64,000 nucleotides of DNA, from the IMG/VR virus record IMGVR_UViG_3300027710_000009; one strand, given 5' to 3'. The notes under the pieces were generated by a model. The model was given only the letters and a program-made list of their open reading frames with translations, searched no databases and was not told the DNA's origin. This document shows positions 35,206-47,128 of this stretch, piece by piece. Origin of the DNA: a virus. Its lineage: Duplodnaviria > Heunggongvirae > Uroviricota > Caudoviricetes. How positions within the stretch are numbered: the first letter of the stretch is position 1; the number at the start of each line of letters is the position of its first letter. The translations under genes were made by a program, and so were the position numbers.

Positions 35206-38200
35206 TTACCATGTGTACAAGCCTGCACGTACCCAGCTATTTGGTGCTACGCACACGTACAACCAGCCGCCATCCCAGGTAATTTCCCCAGTAAGTCCTG
35301 GGCTACCCGGAGTGGCAGGGCTTTGAGTTTTGGTTACACGGAAACGCTCTACTTTGAGAGTGCCCGTAGTTTTATCAAAAGCAAAGTTTGCATTTGCTCC
35401 AAAAGTGCCATTGTCGTTGAACTGTACTTCGCCGTCTCCGCCAGCAATATCCTGACTTGGAAGTACAGCACGTAGCGGAGTAGAGAACAGATCTATCCAG
35501 TATTCATTTGTGCCATCAAATATGTAACGGTATAAAATGTCTGTGCCACTTTGATACCACATGTCGCCGTTGACTGGGCCAGGCGGTGGGGTCGGGCTTG
35601 TGGTAGTTTTGATACCACCGCCTTGGTATATTAAGTTGCCGTTTACTGTGAAATCAGTGAAGCTAATATTTGGTGTAAAACCAATGCTGATTGTATTGCC
35701 AGCAACTGTGGTACTGATTTGATTTGGTACGCCAACAACAACCAGTGTGTTGCCACCATTGATTGAGCTGGTTCCTACATTACCAACCAAGCCAAATGTT
35801 GTGCTAACTGAATTACTTGTGATGCTGGTGATACGACCTTTGTCGTCTACAACCACAGTTGGTATACTTGTTGCACTTCCGTAGTTGCCTGCCGCAACAC
35901 CTGTAGGTGTTAGGTCAAGTCCTAGGTTAAAACCGTTTGTAATATTAGCAACAATATTCTGTGTGTTAGCAACAGTTGTAGTTACAAAACTCACACCGTT
36001 CGCATAGTAGTAGTTGTCGCTGACAATACCATTACCAATCACGTTTCCAATAGTTTGAAAGTCGCCAAGCCCATCAAAATCGTTTGTGATATTTGCCACA
36101 GTGGCAGACGCAAAGTCAACCCAGTATGTGTTTGTACCATCATCAATGTATTGATACAAGATATCAGTATCAGTCTTGTACCACTGGTCACCCACAGTTG
36201 GACTTGCTGGAGCACTGATACTGGTTGTCTTACGAATACCACCACCTACTACGTTGCCGGTAATTGTTACATTGCCGCCAATTGTGGCACTACCAATCAC
36301 ATCCAAACTAGCAATAGATCCAAAGCCACCGTTGGCAATAGTCAACCCACCAATGACGGCAGTTGTACCTGTTGCCGTGATATTACCGTTTAGCGCAGTA
36401 AAACCATTGACAGCCAAGTATGAGCCTGTTGCACTCAGGTTACCAGGTACAACAGATAGTCCACCAACTGTCAGTTGCCCAGTTGCTGTTACATTACCAT
36501 TATTTGTGCTGAATCCATATGCTGTAATATTACCAGCAGTTAGATTACCAACCACTGCATTGCCTGCAATACTTAAAGTTGCACCAGCAACACTTGTGTT
36601 AGAAACAATGCTTTGCCCAGTAATGGTGTCTAACGCAGTTACCTTACCAGTCAAGTTAATGTTGCCTGTTATGCCAACACCGCCAATCACAACCACAGCG
36701 CCGGTTGTTTGATCTGTACTCAATGTGCCAGAAACAAATCCTACGTCACTGCCATACTGTGAGTTTGCCACCGTGATGTTGGCAATTGCCGCACTAGTAT
36801 AGTCAATCCAGTATGTGCTTGTGCCATCATTGACAAATTGATAGTACACATCTGTGTCTGTTTTGTACCAAACATCGCCCACAATTGGATTTGCTGGGGT
36901 AAAAGTTTGAGCATACTTGCGAAGTCCGCCACCAGATATATTGCCAGTAACAATGACATCACCACCTGCTGTGATGTTGCCAATTACTCCTAGACTTGTA
37001 ATGTCTGCAAACGATCCATTTTCAATTGTGAGTCCACCAACAACAGCGCGAGCACCTGTTGACAATATGTTGCCATTGCTGGTACTAAACCCTTGAGCTG
37101 TGATATTGCCAGCTGTGACACTTAGCCCGGCTGCTGAGAAATACTGTCCTGTAGCAACAAGATTTCCGCCTGTTGTGGTAATTCCTTGTGCTGTTAAATA
37201 TCCGCCAACATTGGCATTTGAGTATGTGCCAAAATAATATCCGTCTAGGATACTTGCGCCATTTGGATATGTGAACGCAGTTGCACGTATTGCTGGAGTG
37301 TACACAGTGCCGGCAATAACATTGCCAACTGTGATATTGGCACTGATGTTTACATCGCCTACAACACCAACACCACCTGCAACACGCAATGCACCAGAGG
37401 TTGAATCTATACTAGGCGTGCCGCTAACAATTTCTAAATCACTAACTGTTTCTGCGCTTTGTGTTACATTTGCAACAGTTGGACTGACCATGTCAACCCA
37501 ATAAGTGCCAGTTCCATCATTGATGTACTCATAGTAGACATCAGTATCTGTTTTGTACCAGATGTCTCCTACTATTGGATTCACAGGAGCATTAGTGCTT
37601 GTGGTTTTACGAATACCACCGCCCGTGACATTGCCTGTGATTGTAACATCACCACCAATTGTAGCTGAGCCAACTACACCTAAACTTGCCAGTGAGCCAA
37701 AGCCACCATTGATAATTTCAAGTCCACCAATCTGAGCATAGGTACCAGTTGCAATTACATTACCGTTGCTGGTTGAGAATCCATAAGCTGTGATATTGCC
37801 TGCTGTGACACTCAATCCACCAGCTGAAAAATAAGAACCAGTTGCGCTTAGATTACCCGGAATTTGTGCTAGGCCGCCAACTGTCAGTTGCCCAGTTGCT
37901 GTTACATTGCCATTGTTAGTGGAGAATCCATAGCCTGTGATATTACCAGCAGTTAGATTACCAACTACGGCAGCACCTGCAATACTCAGTGTTGCACCTG
38001 TGATGCTGGTATTAGATACAATGCGTTGACCAGTAACGGTATCTAGTGCTGTCACTTGTCCGGTTAAATTAATATTTCCTGTGACGCCAACACCACCAAT
38101 CACAACCACAGCACCTGTTGTTTGGTCTGTACTCAATGTGCCGGAAACAAATCCTACATCAGTTCCGTATTGAGCATTGGCTGTGCTGATATTTGCTACT

Positions 38201-41200
38201 GTGGCGCTAGTGTAGTCAATCCAGTAGGTATTGGTACCGTCATTGACATATTGATAAAATACGTCAGTGTCTGTTTTGTACCAAACATCTCCTTGTACTG
38301 GATTTACTGGAGCAGTAGTGCTTTGTGTTTTGCGGATGCCGCCGCCTGTGATGTTACCAGTTACTGCAAGGTCGTTGCCAATTGTGACTGAGCCAATTAC
38401 TCCCAAACTTGCAACATTTCCAAACGCACCATTTTCAATGGTGAGTCCACCAACAACTGCTCGAGAACCTGTGGTAATCAAATTGCCGTTGTTGGTTGAG
38501 AATCCATACCCAACAATGTTGCCTAGAGTTACATTTCCTGCTAGAGCAGTTAGACCGCCTGCTGAAAAATACTGTCCTGTAGCAGTGACATTGCCGTATT
38601 CTGCTTGGAATCCGCCGCCGGTAATTTTGTTACCGCGACCAATAATGTTTCCATTGACGCCAACAAACTCGCCAAACTCGGCATAGCTTTGTGACACAAA
38701 ATATCTGTCAATTTCAATAGCCCCTTGGATAAACAAGTTGCCACCAATACTGGCACCACCATTGCCTGCAATTACCAGTGCACCAGTGTTGTGCTGTGTT
38801 GCTCTAGCGTCGCCATCAATAACAACATTACCGCTAATGGTTGCATTAGCGCCAAGATTTAGATTTCCAGTTGCACCAATGCCGCCAACCACAGTGAGTG
38901 CGCCTGTGCTGGTGCTGGTACTTTCTGTGCCGCTGGCAATTGAAAAATTACTATTGGTACTGTTGTCAACTGCGGCGTTACTTACTGTTGCGCCTGCATA
39001 ATCAATCCAGTAACTGGCAGTGCCATCATTGATGTATTGATAGTACACATCTGTGTCTGTCTTGTACCAAACATCGCCTTGCACTGGGTTCACAGGAGGT
39101 GTTGTGCTTTGTGTTTTGCGTAGGCCACCACCAGTGATGTTGCCAGTTACTGCAAGATCAGCGCCCACAGTTGCTGAACCAATCACGCCCAAACTTGCAA
39201 GACTGCTCAACCCACCGTTGCTGATAACTAGTCCGCCAATATTAGCACTTGGTGCAAAAATATTACCAGCTGTTGCTGTAAATCCACCTGCGCTCAAATA
39301 ACTGCCTGTGGCAACAATATTTCCGTCAGCAATAGTAACGTTACGAGCTGTTAGGTAAGCAGTGACATTGGCATTGGAGTAGGTACCTTCATTGCCAACC
39401 AAAATGCTCACACCATTGGCATAAGTGAATGCAGTACCTGTAACAGTGCCGTCTGCTTTTAAGTTTCCACCTAGATTTACATTACCAACAACACCAACAC
39501 CTCCTACAACTTGTAGTGCGCCGGTTGAATTACTAGTGCTGAGTGTGCCGCTAGCAATTAAAAAATCACTGTTGGTGCTGTTGTTAACAGTGGCATTGGA
39601 AATAGTAGCGCCAATGTAGTCTACCCAATAGTTGTTTGTACCGTCATTGATGTACTGATAGTACACATCAGTATCAGTTTTGTACCAAACATCACCCACC
39701 ACTGGATTTGCAGGAGCACCTAATTGTGCATACTTGCGTAGTCCACCGCCAGTGATATTGCCAGACAATGTGACATCTCTAGCAACAATATCCAATGCTG
39801 AAACATTGGCAGCAATTATATTACCAGCCGCAATGTTACCAGTTGTGATTGCTCCAGTCAAGTAAGCGGCTACATTGGTATTGCTGAATGTACCTGTGAT
39901 ACGCGATGCTAAAGATTGACCGTTTGCAAATATAAAATTGTCTGAACGGAAACTGGTTGCTGTTGCATTGCCAGCAAATACATTTCCAGTTATGCCAACA
40001 CCGCCAACAACAGTCAACGCACCTGTATCAACATCAGTGCTTTCTGTACCGCTGGCAACACGATAATCATTATTGGTGCTTGCAGAAACTGCGGCATTAG
40101 AAACAGTTGCACCTACATAGTCAATCCAGTATTTGTTGGTACCATCTGATGTGTACTGATAGTACACATCCGTATCAGTTTTGTACCACAGGTCACCAAC
40201 TGTTGGATTAACAGGAGCAGTTGTGCTTTGTGTTTTACGCACACCGCCAGCAACAATGTTTCCTGTAACAGTTACATCACCACCAACTGCAAGTGCGCCA
40301 GCTATGTCAGCACGAGCAATGGATGCAATACCTGTGGACAAATTGGCACTGGTTAAATTACCGCCAATTGTGCCTGCACCTGTTACTGCAAGAGTAGCAG
40401 ACTGTAGGTTGAGATTTGCTGTGATGTTGTTTGCAACCAGGTTGGCACCAATTATTGACAAACCACCCACATACAAGTTTTCAGTGATGCCCACACCGCC
40501 AGTGATTCTTGCCGCACCTGTTATGGTGCTGGTGCTAGAGGTGCCAGTCACAACCTCCAAATCAGACAACAAGCCAGTGCTTGGACTTGCGTTACTTACA
40601 CTAGGACCAACATAGTCAATCCAGAAATTGTTTGTGCCATCGTGTGTGTATTGGTACAAAACGTCTGTGTCAGTCTTGTACCAAATATCACCCACTGTTG
40701 GGTTGGCTGGTGCGTTGATACTTGTGGTCTTGCGAATACCACCACCAACCACTCGTCCTGTGACATCCAAGTTGCCGCCAATGGTTGCAGCGCCACTGAT
40801 AGCCATTGCTCCAGCAATGTCAGCACGGCCAGCTAGGCTCATGTTGGTACCAGATAGGTTACCAGATAAGTTTGTTGGGCCAGCTACTGTTAAACTGTCT
40901 GCGGCAAGAGCACCACCAATATTGGTGTTGGCACTTACACCAAGTCCACCAGTGACTACCAATGCACCTGTTGTGGTACTAGTACTTTGAACACCGCTAA
41001 TGGCACGTAGTTGTCCTTGTGCGCTTACAATACCGCCTGCAAAGATATTACCAACAACACCTACACCACCAACAACTGTAATTGCACCAGTATCGGTATT
41101 GATGCTTTCTGTACCACTTGCCACACGCAAGTCAACTGATTGGCTTGCAGTAGTTGCGGCATTGCTTACTGTGGCACTTACATAGTCAATCCAATAATTG

Positions 41201-44200
41201 GTTGTTCCGTCATTGACATAGGTGTAGTAAACATCTGTGTCTGTTTTGTACCATACATCGCCCACTGCTGGGGAAACTGGAGCAGTTGTCTGTGCATACT
41301 TACGGATACCAGGAGCATCAATGCTTGTGGTTACATTTAGAGTTGGTACTGTCAGTGTACTACTCAGATTCAATGTTGTCAAGTTTGCAGAAGAAGCAAA
41401 CAACGATGTGAATGTACCCACGCCTGCATTTACATTGCCTGTTACGTTTACATGCTGACCAACACTCAAAGTTTTGGCTACGCTGGCATTGCCTGCTGTG
41501 TTAATTTTGAACGCATCAGCTTGTACTGTGGATCCAATTGCATTCTTAATGCCAATACTGAATGTGTTGGCGTTGATACCAAATGGAGTTGCACCAGTTA
41601 GTTCATTGTTCAGTGCATCAATTTCAAAGCCGCCACCTGCCACGCTGGTCTTGATTCCAAGTACGTCATCTGCGGCATCGCTAGAACGAACTTGTACTGT
41701 GTAATTTGGTGTGCCTGGGCCGTGAATAACAACGTTACCGTAGCTGTCAATACCATCTGCAACGTTTAGATAACCTGCGGTCACTGCGGTACATGCTGTG
41801 AATGTACCATCAATTGAGAAGTCGCCGGTGACATTGATATCACCTGTTACTCCAACTCCACCAACCACTACCAACGCACCAGTGTCAGCATCTGTGCTTG
41901 CTGTTCCACTTGCAATGGTAAAATCATTATTTGTACTGTTGTCAACTGCGGCGTTGGAAACAGTAGCACCTACATAGTCAATCCAATAACTGCTGGTACC
42001 GTCATTGACATAGGTGTAGTAAACATCAGTATCAGTTTTGTACCAAACATCTCCTGGTACTGCATTGGCGGGTTTGGTAGTTTGAGCATACTTGCGCACA
42101 CCGCCTGCAACGATATTGCCAGATGCAATAATGTCGCGAGTTATGTTTACGTTACCAGTTACATCTACGTTGGCACCAAATGTTGCGGCACCAATCACAC
42201 CCAAAGTTGGTAGGCTTGGCAAGCCACCATTGTTGATAACTAGTCCGCCAATTGTGGCTGTTGTACCAGTGGCAACTACATTACCATTTGTTACGCTGAT
42301 ACCACCTGCAGAAAAATATGTGCCAGAGCTGGTGATATTACCAACTGCTGTTAGTTTGTTTACATTGGTGTCACCAATTACCTGCAAGGTTGTTGTCTGC
42401 AGGTTGTTGTTTGCTAGAATATTGCCAGCAGTTAAATTGCCACCAAAGTCAGCAATACCAGTGGTATAGATATTGCCAATTAAACCAATACCACCTTGGA
42501 CTCGAACAGCACCTGTTGTTGTGCTTGTGCTTTGAGTATCAGTTGTGATAACAATATCGTAGGCAATTTGATCGCTTGTGATAGACGCATTAGAAACTGT
42601 AGCACCAGCAACGTCAACCCAATATTTGGTTGTGCCATCGTTGATGTATTGGTACAGTGTATCAGTATCTGACTTGTACCACTGATCACCCACAACAGGG
42701 TTGACTGGTGCAGATGCACTGGTGGTCTTGCGAATACCGCCACCAGTAACATTGCCAGTGATTGTGACATCACCACCAATGGTGGCTCCACCAATCACAT
42801 TCAAACTTGCAAGCGAACCAATGCCACCTGCTTCAATTATTACGCCGCCAATGTTGGCAGATGCGGTTTTCAAGTTACCTGCGGTAACTGTCATACCAGC
42901 TGTGCTCAAGAAGCCATCGCTGATGGTTGTGGTACGAGCTGTTAGGTAAGCAGTGACATTGGCGTTGGAGTACGTGCCTTCATTGCCAACCAGGATACTT
43001 ACACCATTTGCATAAGTGAATCCTGTACCAACAACAACTCCAGATGAATTCACTGTTGTGGCTGTTATTGTACCTGTTGTTACATTTCCTGCATTGACAT
43101 TGCCAGAAATGCCTGCGCCGCCAGTTACTTGTAATGCACCGCTTGTGGTGTTTGTGCTTGGTGTACCAGAAACAATTTGTAAATCCTGCAAGCTCTGTGG
43201 ACTTGTGGGATTTGCATTAGAAACTGTGGCACTGGTGTAATCAATCCAGTACTTGCTAGTACCGTCATCAACGTATTGATAAAATACATCGGTGTCTGTT
43301 TTGTACCAAACGTCACCAACTATTGGGTTGGCAGGGGCTCCTGGTTGAGCATACTTGCGAAGGCCACCTGCGCTAATATTGCCAGTAATAGCAACATCAC
43401 CAGTAATAGCAACATTGCCACCAATTGTTGCTGCACCCAACACGCCCAAACTTGCCAGCTGACCAATACCACCTGACTCAATAACAACACCACCAATGTT
43501 GGCAGATGTAGTTTTTAGATTGCCTGCTGTGACAGTCATGCCTGCTGAAGACAGGAAGCCATCACTTATAGTTGTTGTACGTGCTGTTAGATATGCTGTT
43601 ACATTTGCGTTGGAGTATGTGCCTTCGTTACCAACCAGGATACTTACACCATTGGCATAGGTAAAGTTACCAGCAGATACTGTGGCAGTGGATAGGTTGC
43701 CAACAAATACATTTCCGCTTGCGCCAATTCCGCCTTGTACAACCAATGCACCAGTTGATGTACTTGTGCTTGGTGTGCCGCTTACGATCTGTAGGTCTTG
43801 CAGGCTTTGTGATGTGGTTGGACTTGCATTAGAAACTGTGGCACTTGAGTAGTCAACCCAGTACTTGTTTGTGCCATCATTGATGTATTGATAGTACACA
43901 TCTGTGTCTGTCTTGTACCACACATCGCCCACAACAGGGTTAGTAGGTGCGCCTGCCTGGGCATACTTGCGCAGTCCGCCACCTGTTATGTTGCCTGTAA
44001 CAGCTAGGTCAGCACCAATAGTGGCAGCACCCAACACACCCAAACTTGCCAGCTGACCAATGCCGCCTGACTCAATGATAACACCGCCAATGTTGGCAGA
44101 TGTTGTGCGAATGTTACCTGCTGTGGCTATGAAACCACCTGCGGCCAGATAGCCGCCGGTTGCTGTGATGTTGCCGTCAGCAATGGTGACACTGCGAGCA

Positions 44201-47028
44201 GTTAGGTAAGCAGTGACATTGGCGTTGGAGTACGTGCCTTCGTTGCCGGTCAAAATGCTCACACCATTGGCATAAGTGAATTGATCTGCGGCAATGGTTG
44301 CTGTTGTTAGGTTACCTGTGAATACGTTGCCTGTTACTGCGGCACCGCCTGTTACTTGTAATGCGCCTGTGCCAGAACCTGTTGAGGGTGTGCCCGAAAC
44401 AATTTGTAAATCTTGTAAACTTTGTGGGCTGGTTGGGCTGGCGTTAGAAACTGTGGCACTGGTATAATCAATCCAATACTTGTTGGTTCCATCGTTGACA
44501 TATTGATAGAATACGTCAGTATCCGTTTTGTACCAAACGTCACCCACTATTGGGTTGGCAGGTGCTCCTACTTGTGCGTATTTTCTTAAGCCGCCAGCGG
44601 TAATGTTACCAGTGATTGCAAAGTCGCCACCTAAGGTGCCTGAACCAATGACATTTAGACTTGCAAGGCTGCTAATACCGCCGTTCTCGATGGTCAAACC
44701 ACCAATAACTGCCCTGGCTCCTGTTGCTAGTATATTGCCCGCTGTAACGCTTAATCCACCTGCAGAAAAGAATGATCCGCTGGCAGTTAGGTTACCAGTT
44801 GCCAAAATGCTTCCGCCAACACTGATGTTGCTTGCGGCCAAATATGCCGTAACGTTGGCGTTTGAATAAGTGCCTTGATTGCCTTCTAAAATACTTACGC
44901 CGTTTGCATAAGTGAAGTTGGTTGCAGAAACGGTTGCTGTGTTTAGATTTCCAGTAAACACGTTACCAGTAATACCTGCTCCGCCTTGTACTTGTAAGGC
45001 ACCACTTGTTGTATCTGTTGCAGGAGTACCACTTACAATTACAATATCGCTAAGTGTCTGATTTGTTTGTGGACTGATGTTGGCCACAGTGGCGCCTGCA
45101 TAGTCAACCCAGTATTTGTTTGTGCCATCATTGATGTATTGATAAAATACGTCTGTGTCTGTTTTGTACCAAACATCGCCCACAACTGGATTGGTAGGAG
45201 TATTAATTTGTGCGTACTTGCGAAGTCCACCACCTGCAATGTTGCCACTTGTACTGATATCACCAGTTGCAATCAGTGCGCCGCCAAGTGTAATGTTGCC
45301 GGTTACACCAAGATTGGTAAGTCCGCTGATTGCACCTGCGGTAATTGTTAGCCCACCAATTTGTGCTGTTGTTCCACTGGCAACTACGTTGCCGTTGGTT
45401 ACACTGAGTCCACCACCAGTAAAGTATGTGCCACTTGAAATCAAGTTAGCAGAAATGATTACGTTTTGTAGGAAACTGGCAGTTTGTGCAACACTTAGGT
45501 TACCGCCAACGTTGATATTGCCACCAACGCCAACACCACCTTGCCCAGTAACAACCATTGATCCTGTGGTAGTGTCAATGCTGGTAACATTTTGATTGGC
45601 AACAATATTACCGCTGGTAATATTAAATCCACCTTGTAGATTCAAGTTGCCTTGAATCCCAACACCACCGCTGACTGTTAGTGCGCCTGTGCTGGCGCTG
45701 GTACTTGGAGTACCACTCACAATTTGTATGTCAGTTAAACTTTGTTGGCTTTGTGCAGAAATGTTTGCAACTGTTGCACCAGCAATGTCAACCCAATAGC
45801 TACCAGTACCATCACTCACATACTGATATAAAATATCTGTGCCCAGCTGGTACCATTGGTCACCAACCACAGGATTTGCAGGAGCACCAGAACTGATAGT
45901 TTGACGTACACTGCCACCAGTGATATTTCCAGCTACATTTAAGTTTTGGCCAACAAACACATTGCCGCCAACGCCCAATCCACCTATGCCAGGAACAACA
46001 ATTGCACCAGTTGTGATACTGGTACTTGGAATTCTACTATTGGCAACAATGGCGCCGCCAGCCCAGATGTTACCACCCACACCCAGCCCGCCTGGACTGG
46101 CAATACGAATGGCACCTGTTGTTTCGCTAGTGCTGGTTGTGTTTGATGATATTACTAGATCGCTGCCTAGCTGACCGCCACCAAAAGATACTGACCCACC
46201 CACATTTAGATTGCCAGTAATACCAACACCACCAACAACTTGTAGAGCACCTGTGGTTGTGCTTGTGCTTTCGTCACCACTGTTGACTACCAGTGTGCCA
46301 ACGTTTTGCCCAGTGATTGGATTGATGTTGGCAATGGTTGCACCGCTGATGTCAATCCAGTATGCTGTTGCGCCGTCTTGCAACCATTCGTATAAAATGT
46401 CTGTGCCAACCTGATACCATTGGTCGCCCACTGCCGGAGTAGACGGAGGTGTTGCACTGGTAAACACCTGCGGCACACGTTTGCCGTTTTGATACAGTAG
46501 CGTGGTGTTTACATTGCCTGTTAGAACCAAGTTGCCTGTTACATAATCGTAGCTGGTGGTTGTTGCACCACCAATCACGTTGTTGACGTTGGCAAACTGT
46601 AGCTGTCCTGTTGCGCCCGCTGGTTCTGCGGCTTGTATTCCAAAACTTAAATTTGTTGTGCCAAGATCAATATTACCTGTTGTGGTTAACTTGAAGGTAC
46701 GATTTTTATTAACAGTACCTTCTTCAACTTGAGTAACAATAGAAGGAGTAACTGCACCCAGTGCGCCACCAGAACTGGCATCTTTGGTACGTTCCCAAAT
46801 GCCGTTGACACCTGTGCCCACTGCTTTGACATAGTAGATACCATTCTGTGCCGCATTGGCCTGTGACGTTAGAAGAACACGATCGTAGAAATTAAGTGTA
46901 ACGCCATCAACTGAGTTTGGCATTGCTGCCAACATCACGTTACCTACATCGGCAGTCGTGGCCACCCGGACACTTTGTTTCCAATCGGTGTCAGGTATCT
47001 GACTATAGCGCGGTCTTGTTAATGCCAT
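35206..47028 (-). CDS. Giant repetitive fibre protein (3940 aa)
   Basis: DWKQSVRVATT...DRVLL..Q..AQNGIY fibre-type N-terminus; Gly/Thr/Asn beta repeats; 18 GDxWY modules. Confidence 0.85.
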   Translation of the reverse strand: MALTRPRYSQIPDTDWKQSVRVATTADVGNVMLAAMPNSVDGVTLNFYDRVLLTSQANAAQNGIYYVKAVGTGVNGIWERTKDASSGGALGAVTPSIVTQVEEGTVNKNRTFKLTTTGNIDLGTTNLSFGIQAAEPAGATGQLQFANVNNVIGGATTTSYDYVTGNLVLTGNVNTTLLYQNGKRVPQVFTSATPPSTPAVGDQWYQVGTDILYEWLQDGATAYWIDISGATIANINPITGQNVGTLVVNSGDESTSTTTGALQVVGGVGITGNLNVGGSVSFGGGQLGSDLVISSNTTSTSETTGAIRIASPGGLGVGGNIWAGGAIVANSRIPSTSITTGAIVVPGIGGLGVGGNVFVGQNLNVAGNITGGSVRQTISSGAPANPVVGDQWYQLGTDILYQYVSDGTGSYWVDIAGATVANISAQSQQSLTDIQIVSGTPSTSASTGALTVSGGVGIQGNLNLQGGFNITSGNIVANQNVTSIDTTTGSMVVTGQGGVGVGGNINVGGNLSVAQTASFLQNVIISANLISSGTYFTGGGLSVTNGNVVASGTTAQIGGLTITAGAISGLTNLGVTGNITLGGALIATGDISTSGNIAGGGLRKYAQINTPTNPVVGDVWYKTDTDVFYQYINDGTNKYWVDYAGATVANISPQTNQTLSDIVIVSGTPATDTTSGALQVQGGAGITGNVFTGNLNTATVSATNFTYANGVSILEGNQGTYSNANVTAYLAASNISVGGSILATGNLTASGSFFSAGGLSVTAGNILATGARAVIGGLTIENGGISSLASLNVIGSGTLGGDFAITGNITAGGLRKYAQVGAPANPIVGDVWYKTDTDVFYQYVNDGTNKYWIDYTSATVSNASPTSPQSLQDLQIVSGTPSTGSGTGALQVTGGAAVTGNVFTGNLTTATIAADQFTYANGVSILTGNEGTYSNANVTAYLTARSVTIADGNITATGGYLAAGGFIATAGNIRTTSANIGGVIIESGGIGQLASLGVLGAATIGADLAVTGNITGGGLRKYAQAGAPTNPVVGDVWYKTDTDVYYQYINDGTNKYWVDYSSATVSNASPTTSQSLQDLQIVSGTPSTSTSTGALVVQGGIGASGNVFVGNLSTATVSAGNFTYANGVSILVGNEGTYSNANVTAYLTARTTTISDGFLSSAGMTVTAGNLKTTSANIGGVVIESGGIGQLASLGVLGAATIGGNVAITGDVAITGNISAGGLRKYAQPGAPANPIVGDVWYKTDTDVFYQYVDDGTSKYWIDYTSATVSNANPTSPQSLQDLQIVSGTPSTNTTSGALQVTGGAGISGNVNAGNVTTGTITATTVNSSGVVVGTGFTYANGVSILVGNEGTYSNANVTAYLTARTTTISDGFLSTAGMTVTAGNLKTASANIGGVIIEAGGIGSLASLNVIGGATIGGDVTITGNVTGGGIRKTTSASAPVNPVVGDQWYKSDTDTLYQYINDGTTKYWVDVAGATVSNASITSDQIAYDIVITTDTQSTSTTTGAVRVQGGIGLIGNIYTTGIADFGGNLTAGNILANNNLQTTTLQVIGDTNVNKLTAVGNITSSGTYFSAGGISVTNGNVVATGTTATIGGLVINNGGLPSLPTLGVIGAATFGANVDVTGNVNITRDIIASGNIVAGGVRKYAQTTKPANAVPGDVWYKTDTDVYYTYVNDGTSSYWIDYVGATVSNAAVDNSTNNDFTIASGTASTDADTGALVVVGGVGVTGDINVTGDFSIDGTFTACTAVTAGYLNVADGIDSYGNVVIHGPGTPNYTVQVRSSDAADDVLGIKTSVAGGGFEIDALNNELTGATPFGINANTFSIGIKNAIGSTVQADAFKINTAGNASVAKTLSVGQHVNVTGNVNAGVGTFTSLFASSANLTTLNLSSTLTVPTLNVTTSIDAPGIRKYAQTTAPVSPAVGDVWYKTDTDVYYTYVNDGTTNYWIDYVSATVSNAATTASQSVDLRVASGTESINTDTGAITVVGGVGVVGNIFAGGIVSAQGQLRAISGVQSTSTTTGALVVTGGLGVSANTNIGGALAADSLTVAGPTNLSGNLSGTNMSLAGRADIAGAMAISGAATIGGNLDVTGRVVGGGIRKTTSINAPANPTVGDIWYKTDTDVLYQYTHDGTNNFWIDYVGPSVSNASPSTGLLSDLEVVTGTSSTSTITGAARITGGVGITENLYVGGLSIIGANLVANNITANLNLQSATLAVTGAGTIGGNLTSANLSTGIASIARADIAGALAVGGDVTVTGNIVAGGVRKTQSTTAPVNPTVGDLWYKTDTDVYYQYTSDGTNKYWIDYVGATVSNAAVSASTNNDYRVASGTESTDVDTGALTVVGGVGITGNVFAGNATATSFRSDNFIFANGQSLASRITGTFSNTNVAAYLTGAITTGNIAAGNIIAANVSALDIVARDVTLSGNITGGGLRKYAQLGAPANPVVGDVWYKTDTDVYYQYINDGTNNYWVDYIGATISNATVNNSTNSDFLIASGTLSTSNSTGALQVVGGVGVVGNVNLGGNLKADGTVTGTAFTYANGVSILVGNEGTYSNANVTAYLTARNVTIADGNIVATGSYLSAGGFTATAGNIFAPSANIGGLVISNGGLSSLASLGVIGSATVGADLAVTGNITGGGLRKTQSTTPPVNPVQGDVWYKTDTDVYYQYINDGTASYWIDYAGATVSNAAVDNSTNSNFSIASGTESTSTSTGALTVVGGIGATGNLNLGANATISGNVVIDGDARATQHNTGALVIAGNGGASIGGNLFIQGAIEIDRYFVSQSYAEFGEFVGVNGNIIGRGNKITGGGFQAEYGNVTATGQYFSAGGLTALAGNVTLGNIVGYGFSTNNGNLITTGSRAVVGGLTIENGAFGNVASLGVIGSVTIGNDLAVTGNITGGGIRKTQSTTAPVNPVQGDVWYKTDTDVFYQYVNDGTNTYWIDYTSATVANISTANAQYGTDVGFVSGTLSTDQTTGAVVVIGGVGVTGNINLTGQVTALDTVTGQRIVSNTSITGATLSIAGAAVVGNLTAGNITGYGFSTNNGNVTATGQLTVGGLAQIPGNLSATGSYFSAGGLSVTAGNITAYGFSTSNGNVIATGTYAQIGGLEIINGGFGSLASLGVVGSATIGGDVTITGNVTGGGIRKTTSTNAPVNPIVGDIWYKTDTDVYYEYINDGTGTYWVDMVSPTVANVTQSAETVSDLEIVSGTPSIDSTSGALRVAGGVGVVGDVNISANITVGNVIAGTVYTPAIRATAFTYPNGASILDGYYFGTYSNANVGGYLTAQGITTTGGNLVATGQYFSAAGLSVTAGNITAQGFSTSNGNILSTGARAVVGGLTIENGSFADITSLGVIGNITAGGDVIVTGNISGGGLRKYAQTFTPANPIVGDVWYKTDTDVYYQFVNDGTSTYWIDYTSAAIANITVANSQYGSDVGFVSGTLSTDQTTGAVVVIGGVGITGNINLTGKVTALDTITGQSIVSNTSVAGATLSIAGNAVVGNLTAGNITAYGFSTNNGNVTATGQLTVGGLSVVPGNLSATGSYLAVNGFTALNGNITATGTTAVIGGLTIANGGFGSIASLDVIGSATIGGNVTITGNVVGGGIRKTTSISAPASPTVGDQWYKTDTDILYQYIDDGTNTYWVDFASATVANITNDFDGLGDFQTIGNVIGNGIVSDNYYYANGVSFVTTTVANTQNIVANITNGFNLGLDLTPTGVAAGNYGSATSIPTVVVDDKGRITSITSNSVSTTFGLVGNVGTSSINGGNTLVVVGVPNQISTTVAGNTISIGFTPNISFTDFTVNGNLIYQGGGIKTTTSPTPPPGPVNGDMWYQSGTDILYRYIFDGTNEYWIDLFSTPLRAVLPSQDIAGGDGEVQFNDNGTFGANANFAFDKTTGTLKVERFRVTKTQSPATPGSPGLTGEITWDGGWLYVCVAPNSWVRAGLYTW

Positions 47029-47084
47029 GGGAATCTATCTCGTTTGTACTATTTATGGAAAAGCGTCCAAATGAAAAACAGCCC

Positions 47085-47112
47085 AAAGAAAAAGGCCCTT
47101 GCGGGCCTTTCT
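47085..47112 (-). terminator. Intrinsic terminator
   Basis: AAAGGCCC-GCAA-GGGCCTTTTTCTTT. Confidence 0.8.
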
Positions 47113-47128
47113 CTCGAGTGGCTTTGGA

